Shown here: piece by piece, positions 63,675 through 64,000 of the stretch
Numbering within the stretch: position 1 is the stretch's first letter
How the letters are laid out: every line of letters starts with the position of its first letter
Assembly (NCBI GenBank): GCA_008632985.1
Contig: QPGO01000048.1
Span: forward strand, 62,001 to 126,000
From: Psammoneis japonica
Lineage: Eukaryota
Length of the DNA: 64,000 nt
Direction of reading: 5' to 3'
The notes under the pieces: generated by a model
What the model was told of the DNA's origin: nothing
What the model saw: the letters and a program-made list of their open reading frames with translations, nothing else
Databases searched by the model: none
Translations under genes and position numbers: made by a program

Positions 63675-64000
63675 TTACACGGGATCACAAAGGAGGAACC
63701 TCCCAACCGGTTCAAGATGCCTATCAGATTCACCGTCAAACACTTTCTCTCCACGAAGCCAAGTTCCCAAGACACGACCATGCAGCGACATATCAGCAAA
63801 GTAGCTACCCGGCCACCTATGGTGCTCGTTGCCATAGTCATTGGGGACACCAAAGTAGCTGGGATCCCACCACACCAAATCGGCTTGTCGCCCTTCCGCT
63901 ATTACGCCCTTTATTGTCTCCATACCTGGAATCATGCGAGAAGGGTTCTCACTCCACCATGTTGCGATCGTTGAGAGAGAGGCCAACCCCCTCTCCTTGG
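63675..64000 (-). CDS. Amidohydrolase, probably allantoinase (C-terminal part; gene runs off the window)
   Basis: WWSENPSRM..KGVIAEGRQADLVWWDP..HHRW..GRVLGTWLRGEKVF. Confidence 0.75.
   Translation of the reverse strand, partial: KERGLASLSTIATWWSENPSRMIPGMETIKGVIAEGRQADLVWWDPSYFGVPNDYGNEHHRWPGSYFADMSLHGRVLGTWLRGEKVFDGESDRHLEPVGRFLLCDPV

Overview
Eukaryotic nuclear DNA, most likely from a pennate diatom. Clues are short GT-AG introns, ASAFAP-type plastid presequences, and a diatom-type HSF and CoDi-like copia elements. Gene-dense blocks (~0.7-16 kb, 28-31.3 kb, 38.9-64 kb) hold about 17 genes: CNNM transporter, RECQL4-like helicase, CABIN1, HSF, a CDK-like kinase with a C-terminal cyclin-like box, an ankyrin protein, a fibrillin, a villin-headpiece protein, CCDC137-like, ADCK1, eIF3L, SIRT4, APE1, cpSRP54, a partial allantoinase and others. 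Two transposon-derived domains (~16.4-27.5 kb and ~31.4-38.7 kb) interrupt them. The standout signal is that these domains have lost almost all TpA dinucleotides, as well as CpG, both converted to TpG/CpA. Three internal controls show that TpA->TpG/CpA changes arose after insertion: an LTR pair, a 42-bp tandem array and conserved Tyr codons of a copia pol. They also show that TpA loss can run ahead of CpG decay. This looks like a repeat-targeted, RIP-like hypermutation acting on adenine in TpA, which I cannot match to a described system. Five single-base homopolymer frameshifts in otherwise intact genes suggest unpolished long-read errors. All calls were made by eye, with no database searches.
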